Shown: positions 1 through 13,261 of the stretch, piece after piece
Layout: each line of letters begins with the position of its first letter
Position numbering within the stretch: the first letter of the stretch is position 1
Source of the DNA: Chiloscyllium plagiosum
Taxonomy: Eukaryota
Assembly (NCBI RefSeq): GCF_004010195.1
Contig: NC_057715.1
Coordinates: forward strand, 24,301,042-24,365,041
Reading direction: 5' to 3'
Length of the DNA: 64,000 nt
Made by a program: the position numbers and the translations under genes
The notes under the pieces: model-generated
What the model saw: only the letters and a program-made list of their open reading frames with translations
What the model was told of the DNA's origin: nothing
The model's database searches: none

Positions 1-222
1 CTCCCCCCTCTCCTCCCTGACCTATCACCTTCATCTCCTTCCCCACTGACCTATTGTACTCTATGCCACTTCTCTCCCACCCCCACCCTCCTCTAGCTTA
101 TCTCTCCACGCTTCAGGCTCTCTGCCTTTATTCCTGATGAAGGGCTTTTGCCCGAAACGTCGATTTTGCCTGTCCTCGGATGCTGCCTGAATTGCTGTGC
201 TCTTCCAGCACCACTGATCCAG
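1..222 (+). mobile_element. Penelope-like element family A, terminal repeat (pLTR) portion, cut by window start
   Basis: Pyrimidine-rich tract, then cctgatgaagggcttttgcccgaaacgtcga and ggatgctgcctga...ccagca. The same block follows the GIY-YIG C-terminus at 1884-2392. Confidence 0.85.
134..161 (+). ncRNA. Minimal type I hammerhead ribozyme core (family A)
   Basis: CTGATGA-A-GGGC(TTTT)GCCC-GAAA-CG-TC; ACGT palindrome in place of stem III; stem I only about 2 bp (tc/ga). Confidence 0.7.
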
Positions 223-242
223 AATGTAATTACCTGACCTAT

Positions 243-375
243 GGCAAAAGTGAGGACTGGAGATGCTGGAAACCAGAGTTTAGATCAGAGTGGTGCTGGA
301 AAAGCACAGCAGGTCAGGAAGCATCCGAGGAGCAGGAAAATCAATGTTTCAGGCAAAAGCTCTTCATCAGGAACC
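243..375 (-). mobile_element. Short Penelope family A insertion (tail + pLTR with decayed hammerhead)
   Basis: Reverse complement of the family A end, flanked by a perfect 15-bp direct repeat aattacctgacctat (228-242, 376-390). Confidence 0.85.
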
Positions 376-390
376 AATTACCTGACCTAT

Positions 391-1880
391 CCCTGCTGCC
401 CTTTTTTTAAATCAAACTCTAGATATCCCTTGACATCCAGGGTTGCCTGGACTTACTACCTTTGCCTTTAAAAGGAACATGCTGGTCCTGAATTTTCACT
501 ATACAACTTTTAAAAGATCCTCACTTGCCAAATGTGGACTTCTCTGCAAGTAATCGCTTCCAATCTATTTTTGCCAGATCCTGTCTGATTATATTGAAAC
601 TGGCCTTCTCCTAATTTAGACACTTAACTTCTGCATTATCTTTAACATTTTCTAAAATGAATTTGAAACCTACAGAGCTTTGGGCACCAACCCTCAAAGT
701 GCTGGCCCACTGTAACTTCACTGTAACTCATGATCAGCTTCAATCCCTCGGATAGGGTCTAGCACTGCCCAACTCTAGCAGGACTATTAAAACCTCTCCT
801 TTAAAATTCCACCCCATCTGATCCATTCACACTAAGGCAACCCTAGTTAATGTTAACAAAGTTGAAGTCCGCAACAATAACCCAGTTCTCTCACACCTTT
901 CTGCAATTTGCCGACATATTTTCTCCTTTATCTCCTTCTGACTATTGGGAGGTCCGTGTAATAATCCCAGCAAACTAACCATCCCTGTTTTATTTCTGAG
1001 CTATAACCAGATGCTCTCATTTGAAGACCCTTCTCGGATCTCCTCACTCATTCTGGCAGTGATGGTTTCCTTTATCAATAATGCAAACTCCAAAGCTCTC
1101 ACCTCTCTTACTTCCCTTCCTCCTCCCCCCGGCCCCTCTCCCAAATCTGAAACTACCTGGAATATTGAGCTGCCTGTCTTGTGCTTCCTACAACCATGTC
1201 TCAGTAATTATAACAATACCATGTTCCCACTTATTGATCAGGGTTCTAAATTCATCCTTCTAACCAGTCAAACCTTTTGCATTAAAATAGGTAGAATTTA
1301 GATTTCTCAACCTCCCATGTTCCTTATCCTGCCCATCTTTCTCCACCTACTATATTCCTAGTATTCTTTCTATATCTGATTGGACCTTGCTCCCAACCTT
1401 GCACCTTTTCTGTGCCCCGTCCCCACTGCCAGAACAATTTAAAGCCTCTCCAACAGCACAACTGCCAGCAAAGATATTGGACCCTTTCCCATTCAGGTGC
1501 AATCTGTTCAACCTGTCGAGGTCCCAACTACCCCAGAAAGCATCCCAGTGATCCAAAAATCTAAATTTCTCTCTCCCACACCATCCCATCACTCATGCAT
1601 TCATTTGACTTATCTCCCTATTCCTATACTCAGTAGTGTGTGGCACTGAAATTATCCAAAGATTACAAACTTAAGTAGTCTTTTCCTTTAAGCTACTATA
1701 TAACTCCCTAAATTTCTGCTCATTTCTTTTTTTATCCATGTCATTGGTACTGACATATAGTATGACTGCTAGCTGTTCACCCTTCCCCTTCGGAACATCC
1801 TGCAGCCACTCTGGGACATCCCTGACCCTGACACCAGCGAGGCAAAGTACTGTTCCAGGGTCTGATTTGCTGGCACAGAA
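391..1880 (-). mobile_element. Decayed CR1 LINE 5' region (ORF1 SGNH-esterase C-terminus and start of ORF2 endonuclease)
   Basis: ORF 1350-1592(-) WCGREKFRFLDHWDAFWGSWDLDRLNRLHLNGKGSNIFAG..GEALN resembles the CR1 ORF1 esterase end; the downstream (lower-coordinate) DNA resembles the CR1 APE region at 53150-53850(-). Confidence 0.7.
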
Positions 1881-1883
1881 CTA

Positions 1884-2392
1884 CCTCTGGGACACCCGGA
1901 CCAACCAATCCAACCACCCTGTGGCTCAACATTTCAATTCCCCCTCCCACTCCACCAAGGATATGCAGGTCTTTGGACTCCTCCATCGCCAGACCACAAC
2001 AAAACGACGGTTGGAGGAAGAGCGCCTCATCTTCCGCCTAGGAACCCTCCAACCACAAGGGATAAACTCGGATTTCACCAGTTTCCTCACTACCCCTCCC
2101 CGCACCTTGGCACAGTCTAATCCAGCGAATTCAGCACCACCTTCCTAACCTGCAATCTTCTTCCTGACCTCTCCGCCCCACCCCAGTCTGACCTATCACC
2201 CTCACCTTGACCTCTTTCCACCTATCACATTTCCGACGCCCCTCCCCCAAGTCCCTCCTCCCTACCTTTTATTTTAGCCTGCTGGACAAACTTTCCTCTT
2301 TCCTGAAGAAGGGCTTATGCCCGAAACGTCGATTCTCCTGTTCCCTGGATGCTGCCTGACCTGCTACGCTTTTCCAGCAACACATTTTCAGC
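1884..2392 (+). mobile_element. 5'-truncated Penelope-like element family A (GIY-YIG endonuclease C-terminus + pLTR)
   Basis: Translation ..HPVAQHFNSPSHS..RRLEEERLIFRLGTLQPQGINSDF, a typical PLE endonuclease end, followed by a C-rich UTR and the hammerhead-bearing repeat. Confidence 0.9.
2303..2330 (+). ncRNA. Minimal type I hammerhead core (family A)
   Basis: CTGAAGA-A-GGGC(TTAT)GCCC-GAAA-CG-TC; only the free N7 position and the loop differ from the 134-161 copy. Confidence 0.7.
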
Positions 2393-4414
2393 TCTACCCT
2401 TTGTGAAGGCTTGACTCCTAGTGGGAGCAGCTGTGCCCTAAGGACATCAGAGGTGGCTGAGCTATTGTGGATGGGAGGTGCATTATCAGTTAATCTGAAG
2501 AAGTATATTCTCTTGGTCTGGGACTGGATGAGTCATGTCCCAAGGTATGTGTGATGTCTGGTGTGGCTGGTTTGGCCAACTTGAGACATTGTGGGTAGGC
2601 TTAGTGGCTAAGTGCAAACATTTTTTGTTGTCTGTTTTGTGGCCATGTCATGGGGAGGCCGGGACCTGTATTTTCTCCCACACAAAGTCATGACAGTCCC
2701 TGGTTCTGCTGGTACATTCTACACTCTTGTGCATCATCTGCCTTCCACAATGAATATTGGAAAATGGCGCCTGACACTTTTCAATGCACTCCCCTGGCGA
2801 CTGCCACTATATAGTTTCAGTTTGCACGCAATGCATTGAGTAAAGTCAAATGTTTATTTCACATGAATTCTCTCTCTATTTTAGTAAAAACTTGATTCTG
2901 TCTTCAGTCCTCAACCTGTCTAGCTGCTTCAGCCAATGTTAGGCCTTTTGCAGATTGGAGGACGTCTAAATGAGTTCCCTCTGAAACATCGACTGATTAC
3001 ATACTGAATCAAGTTGTTCTTTAATATGCTACAGTCGCAAGTGCTTGTCAAATGGAAATGGTCATTAATGAAAACGTGGATGCCCTTCTCCCAACTTTTG
3101 TTTCCTTCATTTAAGTTTTGGTTACTCAAGAATGAATGCTGTGCTAAACACAAATGTAAAAGGCCTGCACATTGATTACAATCATGTGTCTGTTTCATTG
3201 TTCACTTCTATCTTGCTAACACATCCTTTACAATTGTATATAGAAAGACACCAGGCTGGTCTTTATCAATGTTGCCAAACTTGAAGAATTTTTGTAACAA
3301 ACAAAATGTTCACCCCAATTCTTACATTTTCTGTCTATTGTGGACCATCTAAGTGTATAAATGTTTCTTGAAGTAACAAAGTCAAATCCATTTCTTACCT
3401 GGGTTACAGATATTCTTCCCAGGCTGTCTCTTCACAAGTTTCTGAATTGTATTTTCTGAGCATTTATTTATTTATGCTCTATTCAGTCAATGGGATTTGC
3501 CTCGAGGTTTCAACAACTGTTCCAGCTTTCTATAAGTTGTATTTTTAGACTTTTTCCCACTGCTGTAATTTGCTGCCATGTCTCTTCACAGCTGCAACCA
3601 TCTGTTGTTTTTGTTTGATGCCTTAGAGGATGTTTCACGTGCACTATGTGACCAGAATTTTAGGAATTTTCAATGTAATTTGTTATTTACACCATACTGG
3701 CTATGTTCAGTTTACATAAACTGAAGGTCTAAGCTGTTGCTCCTGTCTTCATAGTCTCTGTCAACATGTGCTCATTACATTATCATGGACATACCTCAGT
3801 ATAATCATAGTCAAGTGTTAATCCTTTGCTTTACAGATTTAATTTTCTATATGTTTGCAGAATAGGTTCATTGCCACACATGTGCATGTACATTTTTTTT
3901 GTATAAACATATTGACAAACTAATAACATGCAAGGCAGAGAAAGCTAAGACTTTCTTTGTACAATTGGGCTCAACCAATACTGTCTGGCTTTGTACTTAA
4001 GCAGATCTAGAAAAAAAAAATCAGTACTGAACCAGTATGTGATGGTTCCAGAATATTCTTATGGAATAAATAGTGATATATTAACAGGAAACAAGTGTCT
4101 ATTATGGTGCAACTAATTCATACTAACTATAGAATTTAACATGGGAAATGAAGTGCCCTGAGTTATTGAGATAGTGTACTGGAAATCAAGTACCACTGTT
4201 CCTGATATTTAACAAGAATGACAATTTATTACAAGTAATTAGACTGTAGTTGAAGTTAAAAGTTATAAATTGTCTGCATAGAACAAGTTAAAACTCTAAC
4301 TTCCCCTTTCACACAGACAAACCAAAATAAACAAATAGGTTAAAAGTGGAGGAAACCTGGGAAGTGTTTCAGTGGTCCCTATTCACAAGTTGCTGAGATG
4401 ATCCTTGTAGTGAT

Positions 4415-4640
4415 TGTAATGAGGTCAGCCACGTGGACCTCATGGAATATGAGTTCCTTGATTGGGGCTGTTAATCTGGTCCAATCAGGGAGCCTTGGCT
4501 GACAGCTATGAACAGAAACGTTAGAGGTTCTGTTCACTCTGAGAGCTGGATCTGAGGGAGCTGGACCAGTGTCAAGGACTCTCCATGTGTAAATAAAAAG
4601 TACTTAGGGACAGGATACTAACATCTGTGAAGCTATTTCA
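4415..4640 (+). mobile_element. Probable solo LTR (226 bp)
   Basis: TGTAAT...ATTTCA imperfect terminal inverted repeat, internal CCAAT/ATTGG boxes and AATAAA near 4592; flanks gtgat/gtcct match only partly as a TSD. Confidence 0.55.
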
Positions 4641-6542
4641 GTCCTTATGATTCCAATGTTGGTCAGAATATTGCTTTACAGACATCTTTCTCAGGATGCT
4701 TTAACTGCTTTGTAAGAGACACAAGGTGGTTGGTTCACTCACAAAGTGTTTTTGACTTAGCAGTTAGAAGTCACAGGCTTCAACAGCTGATGAAAAAAAT
4801 ATAAATAGGTTTCCTTCAGTTTTAAAGGGAATTTTGATTGCAGAAAATAGAGGGACAGCTCCTGTGTAAGTGGACAGCACTTTCCTCTTTATCTTCATTC
4901 CAGCCCCAAGATGTTCATTTACTTGAGAATCAAACTTACAACTGTTGGCAGGCAAATGTTTGTTTATCATTGATAACTGGTCACTAGTCCATAAACCAAT
5001 CAATATATTTCCACCATTTAGCTGCACCTCACCAATATCTTTTCAAGGGGAACTGGATGCCCACATCCCATGAAAAAAGAGATTTATTTGAGAGCCATTT
5101 GGCTCTGTTAACTAAACAGTTGGTGTAGATCAAATTGGTGATAGCAACATGGGGTGCTAACCTTACTCAGGATGGCATGGAATTGGAACATGCATTTTTA
5201 TTCAAGGTGTGGTGGAAATTATTTTGCTGAATGAGTACTTGTCTTTGTGCTGAAGAAGAAGAATGAACACTAGACTTAATGCCCAGGAGATAAGAATGTA
5301 GGAGGAAATAAGTTATCCTACAGTAATGCAAAGCGCTGTTTACACAACATTTGAAACTCTGCAAGCCCATTGTGCTGGATTCCTATTTCAAAGAAGGAAG
5401 TTTTTAGATATCTACCCTGTCAAGTCCCTTTATTCATTTAAACACCTCAGTTAGGTTAAGACTTAAACTTCGAAATGCAAGACTTTAAAGGTCACGTTTT
5501 AACAAGCTGGCCTCATAATTGCACTCTTTAAAACACAACATCCTGATGGAGAACAGTACTGCAGCCTCAGCAAGGCAAATATGTCTTTCCTGAGATGTAT
5601 TACCAGAACCTCAATTCAGTATGATGTGACCAAGAACCTAATGTTGGAAATTGGGGTCCTCTTTTAAAATTTCACCTTCTTAGTATTCCACTTTTAGCAT
5701 GGGCTGTGTAGCATGAGATCTCATAGCAACTGTGTTTCAGTAGCAATTAGTTGCAAATAGAAATCACTATAAACAAAAAACATATCTCGAGCACATGAAA
5801 AGGTCGCTGAACAGATGTCAAAGATGTAATGAGCTCCCTCAGACCTCTTATCAGTTCAGTGCTATGGAGAATACAATGTGTTGGTCTGAGAATACTGACA
5901 ACTAAACTTCAAATAAAGAAGGGCAAGGGTCAATGATCATCCTGATGTCATGAATAGCTACCTAATGATAAGTGGCCAAGGAGATTTAAACAACACATTG
6001 ACACATCATAATCTATCAGCCCCAAGAAATTGAGTGTATCAACAAGTGCACAGGGGCATTCTTCACCAGTCCTCATTAGGGAGGTGTTTCTGGTGGAAGA
6101 TGGATTGGAAAAGTAGGGAAAAGTTCTCTAAAACTTTGGCTAGAAAACAGAATGCAGATTTCACAACTTCAATAAATTCCATGCCAACAGTCTATTTGTT
6201 CTTGGGTATCAATGAAACATCCTCAATTGTTACCAATGTATACTTACTTTGTCAATTAAGTAAGATACATCTTTAAACAGATACTTAAATTTAATAAACT
6301 ATCTGAAAATTTCTCACAAACAGTTGACTTTCTATTTAATATAACACTGATCGTGAATCCCGAAAATCTAGCACTCAGTGATTGTAAAATAATTTCATAT
6401 TTCTTCGTACTGCAGCTAATATTCAATTAGCATTTTAGATTACTTGTCATGCATTGCACAAGTGAACAGATAAAGCTTTCTGCTCTTACACATTTCCTAT
6501 AGTCCTCATATATTCTGAGTTGATTTTCCAGGTCACCCAAGA

Positions 6543-6830
6543 GATAGGACATAGGTTTAAGGAGAGAGAGGAACAATTTAAAAGGGATGTAAGGGGCAAC
6601 TTTTTCATATAGAGGGTGGGCCTGTATGGAATGAGCTGCCAGAGGAAGTGCTGGAGGCAGGTACAATTACAACATTTAAAAGGTATCTGGATGGGTATAT
6701 GAATAGGAAGGATTTAGAAGGATACGGGCCAAGTGCTGGCAAATGGAACTGGATTAATTTCGGATATCTGGTCGGCATGGACTAGTTTGACCGAAGGGTC
6801 CATTCTGTGATGTGCATGTGTATGACTCCA
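6543..6830 (+). mobile_element. CR1/HER1 LINE 3' fragment
   Basis: Similar to 24850-25130: cataggtttaagg..gaatgagctgccagaggaagtg..gaccgaagggtc..tatgactc. Confidence 0.85.
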
Positions 6831-6879
6831 TAAATGCTTTCTGATCAGTTAATTAATTTTCAAGTACAGTAACTGAGAT

Positions 6880-7095
6880 ATAAGTCAAAGTTGCCGTGTC
6901 CAACTAGACCATAGGACTTCTCTCTTATTAGAAAGTGATGAGAGGTGCTGGTATAACCTAGGGTCACTATGCATTGGTAAAGGGTGAGATTGGAACAGAG
7001 AATCCTTCATGGTAACCACAGCTGGCATGGGAATTGAACCTATATTGTTAGTGTGTCACTCTGTATTATAAAGCAGCCAATCAAGCTAACTGAGC
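6880..7095 (-). mobile_element. Old tRNA-derived SINE
   Basis: Minus strand begins gctcagttagcttg (A-box-like) with a ggttcaattccc B-box near 7030-7041. Confidence 0.5.
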
Positions 7096-8509
7096 CTCAT
7101 ATGCCAAAATAGTTTACTTAATTCAAATTTTGAATGGTAAGTGTATCACGGGAAAACAATTGAAAAAAATGTGCTATTAACATTATATTATTTGTGTTCT
7201 CTAAGTAGTCTTCTGAAGAAATTCATCATTTCTATCTGTCATTCCAAGAAAGAATGAATACTATTGCATTTATATTTGGTACCACCTTTGTTGTTGCTGA
7301 CAAAGAAAAAGAATAATAATAAGTTTTGGATTTAGATTCTTCAGGATATTTGTGACACCATTTGTAACGCAGGAATTCATACACTTCTGTTAAACTAGTG
7401 TGCGGGGCACCTATATTAATTAAACTATAAAATGTAAGGGAAGATTATCAAAAGGAATGTGAGGAAATGTTTTGCAGATGTGTTGCTTTCAGCTTAATAA
7501 ACCCCATTAGTTTTGTTCCTTTGGCCAATAACTGTTGGAAATGTTGCTAACTTTAAAAGGAATAATTATCCCAATCTGCACTGTCTCATTAGTTTGTCAT
7601 ATTTTTTTCATTAGAACATATTGCAACTTAAAAGTAAAGCTTTGTCTAACGCACATTGTTTCAATTCACCACTTCAGCAGGTTACAGGATATTTCTGAAT
7701 TCCAGTTCTGTGTCAGCAGGTGTCTTTATTTTTCCTTTTAAAATCGTTTTATATATAACCCTCTAGACATTCTGTGAAAGTGGGGAGATTTTCAGCAACC
7801 ATAAAAAAACTAATGAAGTCGGCATTTTTCTGTTTTTCTGTTATGTCGAGATGCTAAAGAGAAAGTTAGAGAATACAAAGCTGAGTGTACTTTCTGACAA
7901 ACACTACTTCTGCTCTTTCAACCTCTAAAAGAAATATCTCATTGTTAAGACATAACCTCATTTCCTTACTAATGACATTATCATTATTATTATTGTTATT
8001 GCTTTTAATGTTTTCTGAATCTGTTTTCAGTCTCCTGAAGACATATGTAATTAAGTTATGGATCTCTTCTGCTGTTTTGGTGTCACAGCTAACAAAATCA
8101 ACTAAAAAGCATTCCAGAACCATTCCAGCTTAATGGGAACTGCCATTTCAGCAGACTGCAGTGAGTGAAGACATGAGTCAATATGTCACAAGCTACAACA
8201 TTGTAATTGTCCAGGGTTAAGATTGCTCCCTTAGGAATATTGGCACTATGCATAATGGTTCTTAAGATTATTCTTATTTTTCCTCTAGCCTTGTGACATA
8301 ATTCATTATAGCCTTTTAATGGCCTTGTGTAACCCTTTCATCATTAAGTTAATACAATTTGCCTGTTCGTTCAATATTTGATCCATGTTGATTAACCCTG
8401 TGTAATAGAGTTTTCTTGAGGACTTCTCTACAAATTTGTGTACTTTTTCCACAAGCAGATGTAAAGTCCATGCAGGAAGTAGATGATCTCTGTAAGTACT
8501 TTTAAAAAA

Positions 8510-8950
8510 ATAATTCAGGTGATGTAGGTGGGCCAGCATTTATTGCTCAGTCTTCTGGTACTATGCAGATGGTAGGGGTTGTGGATTTGAAAGGTTTCAT
8601 CTAAGGAGCCTTGGTGACACTCTGCAGTGCAACTTGCAGATGGTACACTGCTGCTACTGAACAAAGATGGTGGAGTCAATGTATATGGATGTGATGCCAA
8701 TCAAAAGGGCTGCTTTGATCTGAATAATATTGAGCTTCTCAAGTATTACTGGAGCTGGTCTCATCCAAGCAAGTGGGCAGTATTCCATTGATCCTTATTT
8801 GTGTCTTTCAGATGGTGAAAGTCTCTAGGGAGACCAGGGGTCAGTTATTCGCTGCAGAATTTCTATCCTCTGACCTGTACTTGTCGCCACAGTACATGTA
8901 CAGTTCATCCAGTTCAATTTGGAGTCAATGGTAACTCCAAGTATGTGAAT
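8510..8950 (-). mobile_element. LINE family B (CR1/L2-group) 3' fragment
   Basis: Reverse complement of the 37200-37850 sequence, including the aataaatgctggccc tail. Confidence 0.7.
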
Positions 8951-9308
8951 AGCTTTAGTTTACTTCTGTTTATCAGCAAGAATAGCACCATTTTAGAAAG
9001 TCAAACAATCTATATTGGGTACTCATTGTAATAGGTAAAATCTGAATTGTAAAAGGATGCCACATTTTGCCACAGCACCTCATATGCCATGGGATAATGG
9101 GCAGTGTTATTTTTCTCTTTCAAAACTGTTTGTGGATCTTGTTAAATTGCATACTGCAGCATCTCCAACACAGGAGATGCTGTTTTAATGCTGTGAGTGC
9201 TAGTGTCCTGAAAGCTCTAACCCATTAAGTAGTACTGATCAATGACTTGGAAAGGAAATTGATTGGGAAGATAAGAAAATAAACTTTTAGGGTGACAGAA
9301 ATAAAACA

Positions 9309-9471
9309 AAGTTAAAAAATCACACAACACCAGGTTATAGTCCAACAGGTTTATTTGGAAGTATTAGCTTTCGGAGCACTGCTCCTTCATCAGGTGGCTG
9401 TTGAACTATAAACTGGTGTTGTGTGATTTGTAACTTTGACCACCCCAGTCCAACACCAAAACCTCCACATC
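9309..9471. mobile_element. Penelope family B hairpin insertion; hammerhead core on minus arm (9365-9393)
   Basis: Inverted arms aatcacacaacaccag..tatag/ctata..ctggtgttgtgtgatt plus tail caccccagtccaacacc. Minus strand reads CTGATGA-A-GGAGC(AGT)GCTCC-GAAA-GC-TA. Confidence 0.85.
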
Positions 9472-10850
9472 AAGAATAAAGTAGGGGAACAGGATTGACT
9501 AGATTACTCTACAGAGAGATAACATAGGCTCCACTGAGTGACTATACTTCTATACAGGAAAAGTAAGCTACAAAGATCTGAACTGAATCTACAGCTATTC
9601 TCACTTCCACTTTCAACCATAACCATGGCATTAATTCCAGAACAACTACCGACTGGGGTGTGTTAGAGGATTGAAAGACTCGATTCAAAAACAAGAAGGT
9701 CAATATGAATGAGCCAAACTTGGACTTGTATGTTGCTGAGTCTTAAGGTAAGCTCACACCACAAACACAAATAGATTGAAATTTCATTTGAATTATGAAT
9801 TCAGATTTTGTTGAATTGTGTCAGAAATACCATTATTTGCAACCTTAAAGATAAATGAGTAATAATTTGCCCAATTCATCATTCCTGGACATTTTTATAA
9901 TCCTTAGTGCTTTTAAATAAGTAAAGGAAAAAGACTAAAAACTGATGTTGTTTTAACTTGTGTAGCAAGCCACAGCTACATGAGACTTGAGCATTGAGTG
10001 ATTGGTGCTGTGATTATGATACAAACTGATTGGTAACTTGTGCTATTTAGGAAACTTAATATTAAGGATAAGAGGAAAAAGGGTTTCCAACTCATCGGTT
10101 TTGGTCACAGTCAAATTCACATGCTGAGGAGTGTTAATCCCCAAATCAATACGTTTACTTTTATACAAGCATCTTAATCACAGTAACTGCCCCCTTCTAG
10201 TGCTCTGATGTATGGCATCTTAAAAATATCAAATTGTATTCAATCCTCATTCATTCTTTATTTGAAAATGACAATTTAAAATCTTCAATCAATACACAAC
10301 ACAATATACTCAACAGTTATATTAATTTGCAATCTCATAAGTGTTTGTTTAATTGTTTTCTACCAAACCAATTCCTAGCTGCTTACAATTGTTATTTGAA
10401 ATACATAAATTAATATGAACGTCATGCTTTTGCTTCCTTGATAATGGAACCATCTTTAGATCTGAAATTTACAACTCTAACTGAAATTTCAATTATGTTC
10501 CTAGTCCTGAAAATGTTTCAAGGAAATTTTTTTTAAGTGGATTTGGTTAAGTGAAAGGAATTGTGCGTGTGCCAATGCCAAGAGCAATTTTTTAAAATGC
10601 AACTGAAATCTGTCAACAGGATCACTTCCATGTTTGTGTTATTAGGTACATATAACTCATTAAGTTCTTAAATATGATATAAAAGGTGCCTACTTGTAAC
10701 TGGTACCGATACACAACAACAGTCCACCAGCTACCACCTCCAAACCCCCCCCCCCATCTCAGCTGTAAATACTTTGAGCCAGGGTGAGGGTGAGGGTTTA
10801 TTTTGGTTTATCCTCCCCTCATGCAAAGTTTTTTTTTCACATCTCAACAG

Positions 10851-10961
10851 TGCTGTCTCTCTTGGCTCCCCCTGCCCCAACACCAACTGAATGTGCCAAG
10901 ATTTCAGAGGAACTCACTACTTCTTCGACTGATCTGGTGGATATTTTGGGCTCAAGCCCAG
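10851..10961 (+). CDS. Candidate internal exon (111 nt, phase 1-1) of an unidentified host gene: VLSLLAPPAPTPTECAKISEELTTSSTDLVDILGSSP
   Basis: Acceptor tttttttttcacatctcaacag, donor cag|gtgcgt, open frame, length a multiple of 3, higher GC than flanks, non-repetitive context. Confidence 0.5.
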
Positions 10962-11465
10962 GTGCGTGTATTCAGAATGTACACATGAAGCACATCACTT
11001 GAATATTTAATTGTATTGCCATCACAATATTGCAGAATATCAATTATGTTCATGCAGCTACACAGAGCAGTTCTAAACAATATTCTCATTAACAATTCAT
11101 TTACAGAGCAAGATATACATACCAAAAAAAAATCTAAAAATCTCTGGAATACCTTCCACTAGAAAGCTGTAATTATAAGAAGTTTCTTTCCCATAAAAAA
11201 CAATTCAGTGTTATTGTTAAATGTTTCTGTGGATTCGGATCATTGGTTAAGAACATCTTCAAAACAAGGTTCCATGAGACTTGATGGTGCAATCTGATGT
11301 TTTCACTGTGGATGGAGCATTTGGGAAATTAGTATGATTTTTAGCCCATTGCAGTTAATGGTCTCCTGCTTAGGAGGGACTCATAGAATTGTCACTTTGA
11401 CACAATTCTTCTGGGATTGCTGTGTGTGATCTCCATTGGATGATGGAAAGAATACACTGACAAAC

Positions 11466-13261
11466 TCACTATCAAACTCAACATGGACTACTCTCTACTA
11501 TCTGTCTCATTCTTGGACACATGCATTTCCCTTAAGGATGGGCACCTCAGCACCTCACTCTACCACAAACCCTCAGATAACCTCACAATGCTACAGTTCT
11601 CCAGCTTCCACCCAAAATATATTGAAACAGCCATCCCCTATGGACAAGCCCTACGCATACACAGGATCTGTTCAGATGATGGGCACCTGGAAGTATCAAG
11701 AATGCCCTCATAATATGGGGTACAATACTCAACTCATCGACTACCGGTTCTGATGGGCCACAGCGAGAAACTGTAATGACCTCCTCAGGAGTCTGACACG
11801 AGCTTCATTGTCCAGTACTTCCCAGGAGCTGAAGAACTACACCATGTTCTTTGTATCATGCAACACCTTATCAATGAGGATGAGCTGAGCACCTTCCCAA
11901 GACCTTCCCCATGCCTCCACTTCTCACCTTTAAACAACCACCAAACCTCAAACAGATCATTGTTCACAGCAAACTGCCTGGCTTTCAGGACAACACCATA
12001 CAACCGTGTCATGGGAGACGCTGCAAGATGTGTCAGAGTTTCGACACCAATTTTACCATTACGTGTGGTGACACCTCCCACTGTGTATGTGGCAGGTACT
12101 CATGCGACTCAGCCACCATTGTCTATTTCATATGCTGTAGGTAAGGAGGCATGGTACATTGGTGAGACTGAGCAGAGGCTACGGTAATGGATGTATGGAC
12201 ATCATACAACAATCAACAGACAGGAGTGTTCTCTCCCAGTAGGAGAACACATCAGCGGTCCGGGACATTCGACCTTGGACCTTCGGGTGACCATCCTCCA
12301 AGACGGACTTTGGGACAGGCAACAACGCAAAGTGGCCAAGCAGAGGCTGATAGCCAATTTCGGTACCCATGGGGATGGTCTCAACCGGGACCTTGGGTTC
12401 ATGTCACACTACAGGTGACCCCACTGCACTACACACACACATAGACACAGACACACACAGACACACACACACTTACAAACAGACACACACACCTACACAC
12501 ACAAACTCCTATAGACACGCACTCCTAGAGATGCACACACACTCCTACAGACCCATACACTTACACAGACCCTCTCTCATGTACAAGCTCTCTCTCATAT
12601 GCTCATGCATGCACTTCCACACTCATACGCACACATCATCCTCTCCCAGACTTATACCCCTTTACACTCACACTCACAAATATACACACACTCTCACAGA
12701 CACTCATAACTCTGTGCACCCCCCCCCCCCCCCCCCACACACACACCCACATGCACACATACATCTAGGTTTGTGGGGTAAATGTGTACTTGCAGAATTA
12801 CATTTTATTTTGCTCAAAAACTGCATGAATCTATGTAAGATTCTATAAATTCATTCAGAATTAGTCTGAACATTGTGGCACAGACAGTCTCACACAGGGC
12901 ACCTCACACCTTCAATGCATTATCTGGGCAGACATGACACCAATTGTTAAAGTTCACTTGAGAATGTAACATTAAAAAGGTTCTGTGATTTACATATGAA
13001 AGAACTAAGACCAACATGTTCTTTCTAAAAGATGAGAGACTTAGCAAACAATCCAGGTATTTTTCAATATATAATTTCAGTTACATCACACTGTAAACTT
13101 TTGCTATAAATTCTGTGTCTCACGATCTTATGCCCATAACCACCTGATGAAGGAGCAATGCTCCAAACGCTAGTGCTTCCAAATAAGCCTGTCAGACTAT
13201 AACCTGGAGTTGTGAGATTTTTAACTTTGTACACCCCAGTCCTGATTTGCACCTCCAAATC
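11466..13261 (+). mobile_element. 5'-truncated Penelope-like element family B (Neptune-type): RT C-terminus, Cys-rich linker, GIY-YIG endonuclease, 3' UTR and pLTR; frameshifted
   Basis: VSFLDT..STSLYHKPSD..FSSFHP..AIPYGQALRIHRICSD; PCHGRRCKMC..YSCDS..IVYFICC..WYIGET..GLNRDLG. Ends in the family B repeat with a decayed hammerhead at about 13144-13172; flanked by a 9-bp repeat ctgacaaac (11457-11465, 13262-13270). Confidence 0.92.
12431..12762 (+). repeat. Degenerate (CA)n-rich tract and poly-C within the Penelope 3' UTR
   Basis: Directly visible acacacac/agacacac runs and a C-run near 12719-12736. Confidence 0.9.

Noticed and set aside
7866-8133. Overlapping poly-Asn and poly-Leu ORFs
   Set aside because: They arise from an (ATT)n-like low-complexity tract.
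9641-9747. AG..GTAAG-bounded segment as a coding exon
   Set aside because: Stops in all three frames; it could only be non-coding and has no other support.
12369-12848. 159-aa His/Thr-rich ORF
   Set aside because: Translation of a CA-rich simple repeat.
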